Below the pieces are notes generated by a model. That model was given only the letters and a program-made list of their open reading frames with translations. It was not told the origin of the DNA and did no database searches. The translations under genes were made by a program, and so were the position numbers. Shown piece by piece: positions 36,922-51,432 of a stretch of 64,000 bases of DNA; position 1 is the stretch's first letter, and the number at the start of each line of letters is the position of its first letter. The stretch is from Tubiluchus corallicola (lineage: Eukaryota > Animalia > Priapulida). The stretch lies in contig JAQGDQ010000136.1 in the NCBI GenBank assembly GCA_030141605.1, positions 1-64,000 of the forward strand. The letters are read 5' to 3'.

Positions 36922-39683
36922 ATGTCTCATAAGGTAAGCTGTTTGAGTTATCTACACTCTAGTGATCTGTGAAGCGTGCAGCGATTGTTATCAGGGCCCC
37001 TATTCAGTACAGCGTATTAGATTATTCATGGTGCGTGAGTCATATGCATTGCTGTCGTGGTTTGCGGAGTGTCGCATCATAGATGACACCTAATGCTGTT
37101 ACAATGTGCGACATTAATAATGCGTTTGTTGCGCATTGATCGGGTGTCTGTGTGAGGCGTGTGACAAAGAATCTGTTGCAATTGAAAGCATAGTGTTTAA
37201 TTGTTATTTACAATGAACTTAATTTTGGTGAGTAGTGTAATTACTTTCTGACGCTTTTCAGCACCTTGTACACACAGTGCATTTAAATTGATAGTAGAAA
37301 AATTAAAATCTAATTACTGAATGTATTACAGGCTAAAGTGTAATAATACAATAAGCAATTGTTATTCTGATTAATCAGCTCATTACAAGTAAAATGCCTT
37401 ATTAATCATTACACTAGACTGATTTTACTACTGTTCTTTTCAATGTTAGGTGCGAGAAAACATTGTTGATTTGTGCTCCTGTCTGCATTGTTGTAGGTGT
37501 TGTAGATCATGTTCTTACTTTCATTGTTGTAGGAGGTGACTAGTAGGTGTTCCTACTGCTATTGTTTTAATTGGCGTTTTTCGTTGAAGCAAAAAATAGA
37601 TGAATAGTAGACCCACATAGAACTGTAGGGTCTAGTAAAGATATTTGTGAGTGCACTGTTGTGAGTTCCCGGGGGCCTATATGTTCAATAGCGTTTGATT
37701 GTTGCAGTTGTTTCTTGAATTGGCTGTACTGTCACTAGAAATAATCATGAATATTTTCGACTACATAACCTTGCAATGCCTGTAATACACATGTTTCCAG
37801 CTACATAGTTACAGAAGTTGCAGAGCTATGTTCTTGATTGTTTTCGTGTATGTATACATGCTTTGCTTAGGTGTTTCTGATTAGACTTTTTACAGGAGAT
37901 ACAGGTACCCAAGCTTGTTTCATTGTTGCTGAAAGTGTTTGTATATCACTAATTTATTGTTGTCTGGGCAGATATTGGTCAACAAACAATTGTTTTTGGA
38001 CAATCTATGTTATTGTTTCTAATGCTTTCTGATATGATTCCTGTTGTTTAATGATTATATGATGGGATATGACGTAAATATCAGTACAATAATTTTGGGT
38101 TAAGCATTCTTACTTTTAATTTTGACTTGAATGTATATTTTAATAATTACAACGTTAGACTATTGTAATGCAATTTTTGTTATTAGCCTAAACATTTTAG
38201 ACACTTATGACAATGAAAGTTTGAGAGAACAGTTATTAAAATTCTTGGACAGTGAGACAATACCTACACTCCTGCAGTTACTAACAGCATTTTAATGGAA
38301 GAATAATTAAGAGCATTCAACGTAAAAATGTTGCCTAATAACTATGAATAACATTATTATTGTAAGACTTGTGTTTGCTTGCCTTGAACCTGTTTTAAGC
38401 TTTGAACATTTCACTTTAGTTATCTAATTGATATGCATCAGACATTTCATCTAGCACAACTGGTACTTTACCATTAGCCATTTCTGAAAGCTGACAAAGA
38501 GTTATTTAAATTCGTGTATTATTATTGCCAGCCCACCTGCAAAATTTCACCGTCAAATGACCTCAGGTGTGCACAGGTTCAATTGGTGTAAATGATTTTA
38601 CACAGTTCTGCCTTTGTTCAGCAACATAATACTGCCTCAGGTAAAATTTTTCTTAGCAGCACCGCTCAAACCGCAAGAAAAAGAATAAACGTGCGAACAA
38701 CTTAAAAACTCAAGTTTTATGATTTTTTCTACAACCTAAAGCTTTCTGTAGTTTAACTAAAATAGTATTTCATTTTTGAGAATCTTTGATGATTTTTATT
38801 ATAAAGGCTTGCAGAACCCACAAAACATACTTGCAATCTAGAACTGCAATATGGACAATTACTGGTACTTCCCAACACTATTTAAGCATAAAAAGAAAAA
38901 ACCTCTAAACTTGTTAACCACCCAAAGAGATTGAAATAGTTTTATAAATGCACAAAGTGCAAAAGATTACTAATGCTATGAAACAACAACGGAAAGGTAA
39001 AATTGAGAATTGATTTTCGTAGTTCAACTTCTAGCAAGTAGGTAACTGGAATTATATTATATATTAAAATTAGTGCAATCTGTTTGTAGTAGGTTAGGAA
39101 ACGAAAACAAAAAATGAAACTGCTGGGGTTGTGTTAGCTAAAATGAGGTTTGGATAAATGGCGTGGGGTGATAATTAACAAAAATCATAATTAACTGCCA
39201 TTTCATGCCTATAAATTTATTCAATGTAAATGTCAGTCAATGTAAATTGTGCCTTTTTAGTGCCTATCTGTGCGCTGGAAATATATCATGACTCAGTCAT
39301 CACCATAACACCTTGTACTTACATCTCTCATTCATGTAATCTTCATCTTCATACTGAATTTGCACCCAGTCTTGAGAGAGTGTGTGCATGTGAATCAGAG
39401 AGAGAGAGAGAGAGAGAGTGAATGAGAAATGGAAAGTAGGAGAGACCATATTATGCACTGTTACTCGCTAATTTACCATTAATCTAGGCAGTATCAACTT
39501 CTATGCATAAATTTGTTCATTTTTTATAACTTTAGTGCTGTGGATGGATGAATTCAGTTGTATACTCATTGTGAATTAAGTAAATTCTAATTCTAAAAAA
39601 GGAATCTTGAAAAGAATGCTCAAAACTTCTGAAGCTTTTCAAATGGAATGTTTATTGCTGTGATGAGACTAGTTAATAGACAT

Positions 39684-39775
<92 letters not shown>

Positions 39776-39803
39776 CGTGTGCGGTGTGAGTGCGGTGCGG
39801 TGC

Positions 39804-39845
<42 letters not shown>

Positions 39846-42800
39846 TGTGTGTGTGCGGGTGTGGGTGTGGGTGGGTGGCTGGCGTGTGGGTGTGGGTGCT
39901 TGTGGGTGCATGTTGTTTGCCATATTGTTACCTAGAAATAGAAAACAAATTATTTGAAATTAATTTAGCCCAGACAGGCAAATAAGTCTATTATTTTAAA
40001 AGAGTTTTCAAATAGTATTTGCAACTATAGCAGCTAAATGTCACGTCAAGTATATGCGTCTGTAGTCTGGCATCATAAAATCAATTACTTTTTACTGTTA
40101 GTCTTTTACAACTGTTTATAAATATATAACTCTCCAGAATATTTTGCTTATACTAAAACTTAAATTTTGAAAAGTTGAGACTTGCAGCTAGTAGAGTATA
40201 GCTGACTGTAGTTTATGGTGTGCAGCATAATACAGGCTTCATGGTAGATAGACTTAGAGTGAAGTTTTTATGACCTAGAAAAATATCTCATTAATCAATC
40301 GGGGAATCAAACAAAATGTTACAATTTGGGGAAATGTTTTTTTCATTGTCTGAATTATTTTGATCTTGTCCTGAAATCATAAAATTGCCAAGAGACCTAC
40401 AGCAGCATAACTTAGACTACATGGTACTCTGCAGACTGAATGGCTGTTTTGAAAATTAAGCAAACGTGGCTCTCCAAGTTTTTGCATAGTCCCTGATTCT
40501 GTGGCACTAACAGAACACTTTCAAGACAGAAACTATAGCCTTATTTTTAATGCAACAGTTTCTTTGGTCTCCCTTGTAGTTGTCCTGTCCTTTTATGAAC
40601 AAATGTTAAATGAAATGTACAAGAAGTGTCCTTGTGCTTCAGATGTCATAATTTTTTGGTCTTCTTCTCCTCCTGTCCTGTTGTGGACTTTGCAAACCAG
40701 CGCAAAATACAATGGAAAACTATTCGTATTCACCTGTCATATGATTTGTCAGTTTGTTACAGATAAATGAGTTTTAGAATTTACCATGATCACTCTGTAA
40801 TAATTCAGTTCAATTTCTTGCAGAAGGAGACGCCATCAGACCAGCAGCTCCATCTAGCGGCCTTACAAGGAAATGCTGAAGCCCTGACACGGGTTCTGGA
40901 GAGTGGGAAGGTTCATGTGGATTGTAAAGACAAGGTAACTGTAGAATGGATATTACATGTATTAACCTGTTCAATGTTTTACATGTAATATGCTTAATTT
41001 GTCAATTTTTTTATGTTTCTGCCATTTTTGTGTGACAGCCACTGACAGGATGGAAATTCTGCTATTTTTTGTGCACTCTTAGCCACTCTATTAGTTCACA
41101 TAAAGAACCTAGTAACTTTTAATGAAGATTTGCATTAGTTTTTTTTTTTGCATTTAGCTAATTTTAATATGACTGGTAGGCATGGTGGTCAAATGGTTCA
41201 GGCATTTTCCTGCCTATCCAGAGTTTGGATTCAAACCCCTCTCATGCCAGGGGTTTTTCAGTCACGTATCATTCGAACAGGACATTTTTCTGGCCGCGTT
41301 AATTGGTTGTTTACTGGGAGAGAAAAACAGCCATACAACGGGCTTGCCTTGTTATCTTGTGTAGGAGGTTTGTAAATTAATGGCGATAACTGTCTATTCC
41401 TATGGTCCTTCAGGGACGTGGGGCAATTCGTCTTTGATGCGAGGCATTAATAGGCAGGCTAAGGCAGTTACGGAATGAGAGGTCCATCTCTGTTATAGCT
41501 GTATGTTAGGCCACAACTAGCGCCATCTTATCTTATCTTTGCTGAATAATTTAAAACAAATAAATCTTTTTCCACATCATTCCTTATGTAATTTCGTAAC
41601 TAGCCTATTTGCAATCCCAAAGTTTTGTGTAATGATTCGTAATTGATTGGCTGATTCATAAATGTTAGGGCTTGGATGCAAAGGTTTCCGTTTTCATAAT
41701 TGTTATCTGCTTTTACATCGTATTTTTTTTCTTCTTACTTTGTTGCAATTCATAATTATTTTTATAATGATTTGTCATTTGTCACCTCAGTAGTAGTATG
41801 TATAGTTGTACTTGATCAGAAAACGTTTACTGAAGGAATGAATTAAGCGTGCAAAAATTGTAAATAATTTGCGTCCTGGGACGAACTGTTCACTGATAGA
41901 GTTCCTGTTGGCAAATGTTTGGCAAACTCGGATAAACAAATTTGTTTATAGGGTATACAACATGCAATAACAATGCTGTGTGTATATTTGTATAGCGTAA
42001 ACCTTAGTACCGCGATAGGATAGGATAGGATATGTCAGCAACATTTGAGAAGTAAAGTAAACCCGAGATTACAGGTACTAGGAAGTAAATATTAGGATCA
42101 TTTGTGACATTCTGATGAAGTAAAACTAATGCAAACATTGTAAACAATCTGTGTGCGGCAGACATAAACACTGTAAACCATTAAGCTGAATGGTTTAATT
42201 GCCTTATTAACATTCAACCATATTTTTCCTTTTTTTCATTATTACTTACTTACACTTAGCCCATTTAGTTCTCTTGACGGCAGGAGGCGCATAAGGCCAT
42301 GACACTTCTTCTCCAAGCTCTACTGTCCTCTGCCGTTGCTTACTCCATCTCCATCCTGCATAACTCCCCTCAGCCCCCACTGTTCTTTTCCATGTTGTTC
42401 TCGGTCTACCTCTCGCCCTTCTTCCTGCCGGTGTCTATTCCATACTGTCTCACAGTCATTCTCGCCTTCCCTTCGTAAGACGTGACCAATCTTATTTCAT
42501 TTCCCCCTCATCTCACTCACTGCATTCATTTGTGCCCTGTTTACCCCCTCGTTCTTACCCTCACATTTTGTTTTTAACAAGACACAGTATTAAAACTTTG
42601 TAGAATAACCATAGAGAATGAAAACCATTTTGTGTGAATAAAAGTCTCGTAGGTTTTTAAAACCATGTTTACTAACTGACTGACTCCCTTGCTGACTGAC
42701 CGCCAAAAAGCTTTTAAGCAAAATTTACGGAAAATGCTGCCCCGAATCATTCATTAAATGCACTGCTTGGTTTTTTATTTTAATTTACGTCTTTTAATTT

Positions 42801-45800
42801 AGACCTCAATCATTCATACAAAAAACACAAAATAATAATTTGCAAAATGAAACCTTTCGGAAATGTTTGAACTTCAGAGTATGCCTAGCCTGGCCGCTTT
42901 GTGATCTCATCTTCCAACTGCAGCACTATAGCTTGCTCACCAACAGTTCTAATTGGCATAGCCTGTGTATATTTTCCCTTTGTTTATTTGTTTCCTTCAT
43001 TCCATTAGTTCCTTCTAGTCCTTCAGTATTCCAAGAAATATGTTCGCTCTTATGTCTGAAAACTTTTCGTCTTTTACTTTACTGGCTTTTTGACAAACCT
43101 TAGAGCATCTTGAAAAAGACCAAAAGATCAAGCTTAGCTAACAGCAAGCTAAATCTATATTCCACTTCTAATCACATTTAAGGGCATTATGATTCATTAG
43201 ATTAGATGACAGTGCGTCGAGAGATCAATTTGCCAAGTTTGGGCAAAGAACCAGTGGGTTGACGGACCAACATGAAGAACGTTTAAGATAATGTAGAATG
43301 CAGAAGCTCAACTTTATGCTTAATTCTCCTTTATAAAGTTTTCCTTTAGTCTCCTTTTGTAGGTCTTGCTGGCTGCAGTGTTTCCTTTAAACAAACACCA
43401 CAGGCACACACAGTACATTTCCTGTGTAAAGTTGTCTACCACTAAATATGGAAAGTTTAGGCAGCTATCATTGGCCTAAGGCTAATTTCTAATAAATGTT
43501 GTTTTAATGTGCCATATCAAAATACGTCTGTTATTACGCCATTATTTAACTATTGTTAACGTAAAACATGCAAAATGACTTGTAAGTGTTGACATAGGTA
43601 AAATTCCCATATTTTTTCATAGCCTGGCCTTTGGGACGATTGAAATAATGTCGTTTGGAACCAGTTTTTCTAGCCCTGGTGAAAAATAATCCAGTCCTCT
43701 TAGGATTAATAATAATAATTAAGAATTCCAATGTTGTTTACCTACGTAGTAAATCATACACATCAAGCAATTTATTCGTTTATAGCATGAATTCAGCAAC
43801 TTTGTTTACTGGAGAGATTAAACAGCCGATAAAGCAGTTAAATTAATTTTGTGGTTATTCATCAGCAACGGTCAATACTATCATGTTTTGTGGGAAGTTA
43901 GCAGACTCAAGCGGAATTGGTTTCGTTTTGTAAATTATTAATGTCTCGGGTAAAGGAAGAAACCAAAGAAAAGATGAATTTAGTAGACTTAATTGACCAA
44001 TGGCTTTCCCAAGAATGTTTGAGAACCTAACAAAGACGACTGCAATTTACAGTGTTGTAAGAATGTCTGAGGAAAATTTACAGGAAGGTCAAAAAGTTCG
44101 TATTCGTCGTCTTTACTGTATAGTGTTTTTGCTTAGAGCGTCTGGGATTCTTATGACCTACAAGCCTCGGGACAACCCTGGGCCCCGCTGCTGTTATCAA
44201 AGCTCTAATTACTGTAATTTAGCAGCTACCAGCTGTTGCCGAAACCGAGCGCAGGCGTCAGAATTTCATAAGCGTATTTTCTGTTTCACTGCGTTTCATA
44301 AAACTGTGTTAGCATGTCCCATTAGCATAAAAATTGCTTGTTTTCTGTAAAACGTTAATATTATACAGAGTACAAGCTGTAAACTTTCGTTGTGAAGCTA
44401 ACAACAAACTTTGTAGGCCACCGTTTTCGTTCAGATTTCAGACGCTTGCTTTACGCTTTCATTTATGTATCTGCATTCGTTTGTGCTTCTCTCAATTGCT
44501 TGTTTATAGCTTTGTTGTTGTTGTTGTTGTTGTTGTTGTTTTTGTTCGTTTGCATGTATTAAAATAACCTAATGAACTCGAATTTATGAAGAAAGCCTAC
44601 AGTTTCGTGAATTTCCTTATATCACTTCTTTTTATAAGATTTTTGAGCAGTTTAGTTTGCTGCATTTTGTATTTCAGTGTCTACCTACTTTATTTAGGGT
44701 GATTTTGTAAAGAAATGTTTGTGGCAGCCCTTATTTAGCATTTATCTTGAAAGTATTTATTTATTCACTCCTTTGACTGCTCATTTTTCTTAATAACTTT
44801 CTTATTCTAAAACGGTTCACTCAAATTTTCTTCACACCAAAGTGGTTTACTCAAATGTAGCCTATTCATAGCAAAAGTCATTTTTTTCCAGTTTCAAACT
44901 TCATTCGTAGGGATTCATTTTATACACAATCCGATTTACACTAAGTGAAGTGGTTTTATCAACGTTTTTATACTCTATCATTGCTCAGAAGTTTAGTTAA
45001 ACACTGTTGTCGTTCCCTCAAATTTAATTTGTATTCAGACCAAAACCCTGTTTACACCGTAATGGTTAGCAAGAACCCTGCTTATAATTGTTTAATCGAA
45101 GAAATAACTCACTGAGTAAATTACCAGCGGTTGGTGGTTCTGACATCGACTAGCATAAATACTGCGACTAGGAAAATTAAGAATTAATGAGCAGGCAAAA
45201 TAAATGAATTTATGAATTAACCTTCTTATTGTCAGTAAATTATTGCTTAATTCTGTTCATATTCTTTGTTTATTCGTTCATTTATTTAATTCTAGCAAGC
45301 TTGTTATTTTACTTAAGGTATTGTGTATAATTTTTAAACCGTTTTGATTATACTAAACTAGCTTTATCCTGTCTTCTTTGCAATATACGAATGGCGGCCA
45401 AGTAGTAGTAGTAGTAGTAAAATCTTTATTTGCCATTTTAAAACATTGACCATCATAATACAAGACAGACAATCAGTGTTAGTTCATATGAAATTAAACA
45501 TACACTGTTCTGGGCAAATGCGTCTGGTGCAAGCTAAACTATAAGTGCAACTAGAATTTCAAAAAATAAAATATAAACTAGTTTAGTACGGTCTGGGAAA
45601 AATGAAATTATGATTTGAGTAGGTGTCATCGTGTTCGTATGTCTGATATTCAAAACGTGTCATTAAATGTTTTTTTAATTTAAACTTGAATATTGTTAAA
45701 GAGCTGCTGTGTTTTAGTGATGTCGGTAATGAATTCCAAAGTTGTATAGCTTGTTTAGTAATGGAATACTTTCCATATTGGTTGTTCGTTCTGATGTTTC

Positions 45801-48800
45801 TTAAATTTAGTGTTCTGTTATTCATACTGGGGTTTTTAAGAAGTGGGAGCTTATTGTTTTCAAAGGGAGCATTAATATTGTTGATATATTTATAGAGAAA
45901 CAGGAGAGTTTGATAATCTCTGTGGGCTTCTAGTATCGGGATTTTCATGGAGTTTCTTAAAGAGGTGGCAGAATATTTACTTGTATTGTGAGATGATTTC
46001 AAAGAATGGCCATTAACTAATCGTAAAGCGTAGTTTTGAAGTGCATTTAACTTGATGTATGACTCTCTTTTCACTTTTTGGTATAGTATGCAGGCATATA
46101 AATAATGGGGCAAAATTAAAGTTTTGTAAATTAGAATTTTTGTTTGTTTTGATAGTTGTCCTCTGATTTGTCGAAGGTACGAAGTACTTAATGCCATTTT
46201 TTTATAAATGTTGATAAACTGCTCTTCCCATGTAAGCATGTTGTCCAACTTAACGCCTAAGAAATTAACAAATTAGATTTTATTAGAAATTAGAAATTAA
46301 ATGAGCTATTTAACTGGAATCTTGTCGAATAATATTGAAGCAGACAATAATGCAAATCTATAATTACAGTGTTAGTGGACATTATATATTACATAGAAAT
46401 GTTTTACGTGGTACAAGTGTATGACATTTGACCTCCCATAATATGTAGGAATTCTTTAAGACCTCTTTTTAGGCGTAATTGAATAGGGAAAAGCTTTGAA
46501 ACATGTTGGCTGTTAACAGAAGTTTTTGTGTTTAGATTAGTTGTTTATAGCTAGAAATTCAACGTAGACCTCTTTTGAAATTCTGTTTTTTATACAGGAG
46601 GGCACCACCCCGCTCATTCTTGCGGCAGCGAATAACCACTTAGACTGTGTCAAAATCCTATTAGATCATGGAGCTGACCCTAAAACTAGGAGGGTGGTAT
46701 GTTCATTATAATAGTGCTGTAATTTGCCTGTAATACCTGCTAACCCTGTCACTAAACTTTTGTTTATTGTGTTGTACAACAAGACCAATTCCATAAATTC
46801 GTATGTGCAAAAACAACCGGTTTTTACTCTTTTCATATCAATGAATCAGGCATCTTAAATTTAATGATTGAACCAGACAAGTCCAAGTTCAAGTTTCAGA
46901 TGTTGTTGTGAACTTAACAAGTTCTGAATGTTATTATGAAGGACATAATTAACGTTTTACCCTTCCGGAAGACATATTTTTGCTGATTTGATGTTTTATC
47001 CTTGGGCAATATTGGCAATACATTAACTAATCTGCTTAATTCTGGTGGCGCCATCTCTCATTTGGAATATCAAACTTACTGACACTTACAACAGTCCTAT
47101 ACAGAATTTCTCATCTAGCAGTATAGTCATTACATACTGAGCTGGTAGAAGAGCATTATTATCAAGAGAAAAGGTAACTGGTAAAATTCGAAGGAATTGT
47201 GTGTTTAGATATCTCGTATATTTGTCTTGCCACTGTAATACGGACAAATTGCTTTGGATACATGTAATGAGCATTTTACATTTTTTAGACTGGAACGTGT
47301 GCTCTGTTCTTTGCTGCTCAAGGCGGCTTTCTCGAAATTGTAAAGCTGCTATTAAATGCAGGAACTCCAATAGATATGGCCAGCTTTGTAAGTTTTCTTC
47401 CAGATCATTCATTTTTATCTACTGTCAGTATTAAACATAGGTGGTTAATTAACCAACATTGAAGATCTATTCATTTCTTGTATTTAATTGTTGCCGTTAG
47501 TTAACCAGTTAACTGGTTAGTTAGATTGGTTGATTGACTAATTGTCTAGCTGATTGTTTACCGTTGGTGCAGATTATCTCTCTTATATTATTGGGCAAAT
47601 GAGGATGTTTTTTACAATTTTGGTTGATACATTGGTAATTGCCATTGGTTTGAATACGAAAGAATGAAATGAATGAATGACCAGTGTTATTAGTTTGTTA
47701 AACTCTTTTAAATAGCAGATTTATATTCTTGCATCTTGCCATTATATTTTTTCATTTATTGGTTTCATGTGATATCTAAAAATTGTTCTTTAAAGAATGA
47801 CAAGTTTTCATTTGAAATCAATGTTACTAATTTTTTTGACTCAGGAAAGAAGTTATAGGTATTGCAAACCCTATACATGCAAACCCTCTGCAAACCAATA
47901 CATTGAAAAACTTTCACTAAAATTTAACAAAATGTGTTTACTCAGTTTATAAATATCATAATAATATTTCATTGTTTAACGTTTTCTAGGATGGTGGTAC
48001 CCCTTTATTTGTTGCTTGCCAATGCAATCATATACAAGTTGTGGAGGAATTACTAACCAGACATGCCAATATTAATGCAGAGATGACTGTAAGTGTGCAC
48101 AAATTAGCCACATTCTGTTGGTTGTGACATCAAATGTTCACAAACAATGAACAAGCATAGACTAATTTAAGATGGCCAGGCCTTACTGCAACCTGACAAT
48201 ATCTGTCTGTGTAACTGTGCAACCTTAGGACATGTTGATGCGAACTGAACAGTTCACTGGTCATGCTGTATGCTTCGCGACCAGATAAGCGATTTATTTT
48301 ACTCAATTTTTATTTTTTGTATTCATGGTCATGGTTGTGGGTCATCTGGTTCGCTACTGTCTCTGGGCAGTTTCATACTGACTATCTGTTTACTGCATTA
48401 AAGGAGGATGTGTATCATATTAGAAAATGGTTAAGATGCTACTACTACTTCAGTGTCTAATCTTAGAGGGTTATTCTTGATATCTGTAAATATTTTTATA
48501 TGCATATATAAAGTTATGAATACAAGTTGTGCGTTTGACCCGAGATCAGTTGCCTTTGTTGTGCTAATTGCACTATTTGTAGAAAGTAGATTAGTAGAAA
48601 GTGTAAGAGCGTACCAAGTAATGATGTTTTAGGTGTGGATCAAAAATACAGTTTAGCACTTTACAAGCCCATCTACGGGGTGTGTCAGTAATTTCCACCA
48701 GGGGCATTCCATCTTCTTTGTAGAACCTAAAAACTTGTACAGTCCATTAACTATATTAAACACAAAGAATAATCCTTACATGATTTAAATGTCAAATGGA

Positions 48801-51432
48801 AATTTATGATGAATTGAATACAAATCAAAAATGGCTTATCGGTGGTGAGTAATTGTATAGAAAGCTAAAAAACATTAATAATAAGATGACTGCAAAGAAA
48901 ATAATGTTACGATTAGTAACAAAGTAAGAAAATGCAAGGTGGATTAATGTCCTATGCAATGTACAAGGTGAAAACTGTAATAAGGATGCATATTAACCAT
49001 GATTTACTAATATAATAAAGGTTTTAATGTGCATTTTTATGTAAATGACCAAAATTCTTTATTAAGAAAGCAGTTTAATTACAAAGTGTTTAATATTAAT
49101 AACATATTGCTACATTTACCATCTATATTTCTTGTTTAGGATGGTGCCACACCTTTGTTTATTGCAAGCCAAAATGGTCATTACAAACTGCTAAAATACC
49201 TGCTGTCAAAAGGTGCCAGAGTCAACCATCAACGGAAGGTAACTCTTTATGATGATTTTCTTGCAAGGCAGGTTGTCATTAAAAATGAAAACTGTTAAAT
49301 GGTACTAGGTGCCAGCCTGTCACATGTTGAAGGAAGTACTTATGTCCTCGAGTTTCTTTGATTGGAAAATGGAATATTTCTCTGTCATTACTACTTTAAA
49401 GTTTTTAATTGCAATTATTTACAATAGCTAAACTCGTTTTTTTCTTCTTGTAATTTTAAACGCTTTTTGTTTCACATTTCTTATTGTTGTTGGAGCAGAT
49501 TAAATCTAACAATTGGCTATAATTTTTCCCATGTTATACTTTGTTATAGGACGGTGCCAGCCCATTATGGATTGCGTCTCAAATGGGTCATGCTGTTATT
49601 GTACGTGAACTGCTATCACATGGTGCAGACGTTGACTATCCTAGAGAGGTATTCTTACTTTTGGCTAACTGATGATAAACAGGTTATTTGGAACATGGTG
49701 ATAGGTTCATTTTCCTGTACAAAGTATATTAATTATTATCACGAGTGTCTTATATGTTGTAAATTAATTTTTTTGTTGAGCAATTTATGTTCATTTGTCA
49801 TTAACTGCTTTTTCTGTTACAGGATGGCGCCACGCCACTGTTTAAAGCATCGCACAAAGGCAACTTTGATGTTGTAGAAGAACTAGTCAAATATGGAGCA
49901 AACCTTGGTTTACTTGAGGTATGAAAATCTGGCTGATACGTTTTAAAACTGGTGACTATTTTGATTACTTGTTGCCAAGCTAGTTGCTGATAACACTTGT
50001 TACTGTTAGCTCAACATCTTACACCTTGTGACTGTGTTTAATTAACTACTATGCCATGAATTATGCAATCCAAAACATATAACACGAGTTTTGTGCTTCT
50101 CTTTCTTTTTTCCTTGTGTTTTAACTTTATGTTTTTATGTCCTCTTTGTTTTGGCATATTTCTAATACTTAGCCCAATTTTTGATACATTAAGATGTTTT
50201 TCCTTGTTTGATACATTAAGATGTTTTTCCTTGTTATGACTTAACACGAATTGACTCTTACAGAATGGTGAAACGGCATTACATGCTGCAGCCTTATTTG
50301 GTCACATGGCAATAGTAAAACATTTGGTCACCAATGGTGCTAAGCCAGATATGAAAAACAAGGTATTTCTATTTTCTCTTTCTTTATTTCTTGTCAAATT
50401 TTTGATTGTTTCATAAAAACACTTTGTGTGATATTGTTGCTGCTCACAGTTATCATCAGTTTTCAGTTTTTTATTGTTTAGTCCTTAAGCTATTTTTTGC
50501 TGCTATCAGAATGGTTAAAGGACAAGAAAAGGGGTACCTGAAATAGATTTCAGAAAAATTACCTTAAAAATTATATTTCTTTATAGCAATTTTGTGCATA
50601 TGTTGTACTCGCATTGAAAGGAATTTTCTTTCGCCTTCATTTTGATTCTCCCACAATACTGTTCCAAAGTCGCCATTACATAACATCACTAAGCAAACTT
50701 AAATCAGGGGAAGAAAAGGTAATGTTAAATTGTATCCCAAAAAACTTTCCATACAAATATATATTACTTAGCTTTTCACTAACCTGCTGGAAAGACTTAT
50801 GTAACTAGAAAAGAAAATTTTTAATTATTTAAAATGTTTTCACCAATTGTTAAAATGTCGTTGACTCATCCTCCAGGGTGCACCACTTACTAACCAATAA
50901 TGTATTTTTAATGTTATTGACAAGATGCAGTAATTTAAAATTTTGCTCAGTTAGTGATGTGTGCACTACAAATGCTCTGATTATTTTTTCTAAGTTTTCA
51001 CAATGTTATCTAATCTTTTTTCAAATGACCTGTTGTCAAAATGGCTGCATCTAACGGTCATCGCGGGAATTTGAATTTACATTTTTTGTACAGCATGACT
51101 GCCAAATGAAGTCCTGCATGTAAACAGGCAGTATGTAAGTGATATACAATTTCAAGATGGTTTCTTTAAGCTTTATGTTTATGACGTGTTTTCTTGTGCT
51201 TTTAAAAGTTTGTTTAATTTTCCTAAAGTAAAAAATCTAAAAAACTGCAATAAGTTTCATTGTACAATTAATTGTACATTGAATCTCTTCCGACATGATG
51301 GATTATATGCTTTTTCAGGATAACTACACGCCAACTGAATTGGCGAAGGATTCTGGGTATGGCTCCATAGCTGATTATTTGTCTAAGTGTAAGCACTTAA
51401 GCAATGGCACGGCTACAGGAGCTTCAGTATGA
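36922..51432 (+). CDS. ANKRD29: Ankyrin repeat domain-containing protein 29 orthologue, 308 aa; exons 36922-36933, 40824-40934, 46598-46696, 47289-47387, 47990-48088, 49140-49238, 49550-49648, 49823-49918, 50264-50362, 51319-51432
   Basis: All introns are GT-AG and phase 0. Spliced product: MSHK-KETPSDQQLHLAALQGNAEALTRVLESGKVHVDCKDK-EGTTPLILAA..-TGTCALFFAAQGG..-DGGTPLFVACQ..-DGATPLFIASQNG..-DGASPLWIASQMGH..-DGATPLFKASHKG..LGLLE-NGETALHAAALFG..-DNYTPTELAK..GASV*. It matches recalled ANKRD29 hallmarks (KKETP start, ALFFAAQ, PLWIASQMGH). Confidence 0.92.
39686..39906. repeat. (GT)n microsatellite with a degenerate tail, ANKRD29 intron 1
   Basis: Direct reading. Confidence 0.95.
41175..41539 (+). 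mobile_element. Probable tRNA-derived SINE, decayed, ANKRD29 intron 2
   Basis: Head with A-box-like TGGTCAAATGG (about 41186) and B-box-like GGATTCAAACCC (about 41227), a GC-richer body and a (TCTTA)n tail. Confidence 0.55.
42241..42570 (-). mobile_element. RTE-type LINE 3' remnant, ANKRD29 intron 2
   Basis: Minus-strand translation with frameshifts: IGHVLRREGENDCE..TPAGRRARGRPRTTWKRTV..AEDSRAWRRSVMALCAS, the typical RTE C-terminus. Short (TAAG)n tail at 42241-42258. Confidence 0.8.
45401..46270 (-). mobile_element. 5'-truncated LINE (CR1/L2 group) C-terminal region with AATAAA and (TAC)n tail, ANKRD29 intron 2
   Basis: NFLGVKLDNMLTWEEQ..IYKTLILPHYLYA..LQNYALR..LWNSLPTSLKHSSSLTIFKFKLKKHL (ORF 45583-46248). 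Minus-strand AATAAA is followed by TAC repeats at 45401-45418. Confidence 0.85.

Noticed and set aside
49467-49877. 136-aa ORF
   Set aside because: It overlaps ANKRD29 exons 7-8 in another frame and runs through an intron.
50180-50235. 27-bp tandem duplication just upstream of ANKRD29 exon 9
   Set aside because: An ordinary intronic slippage event; the acceptor at 50263 is intact.
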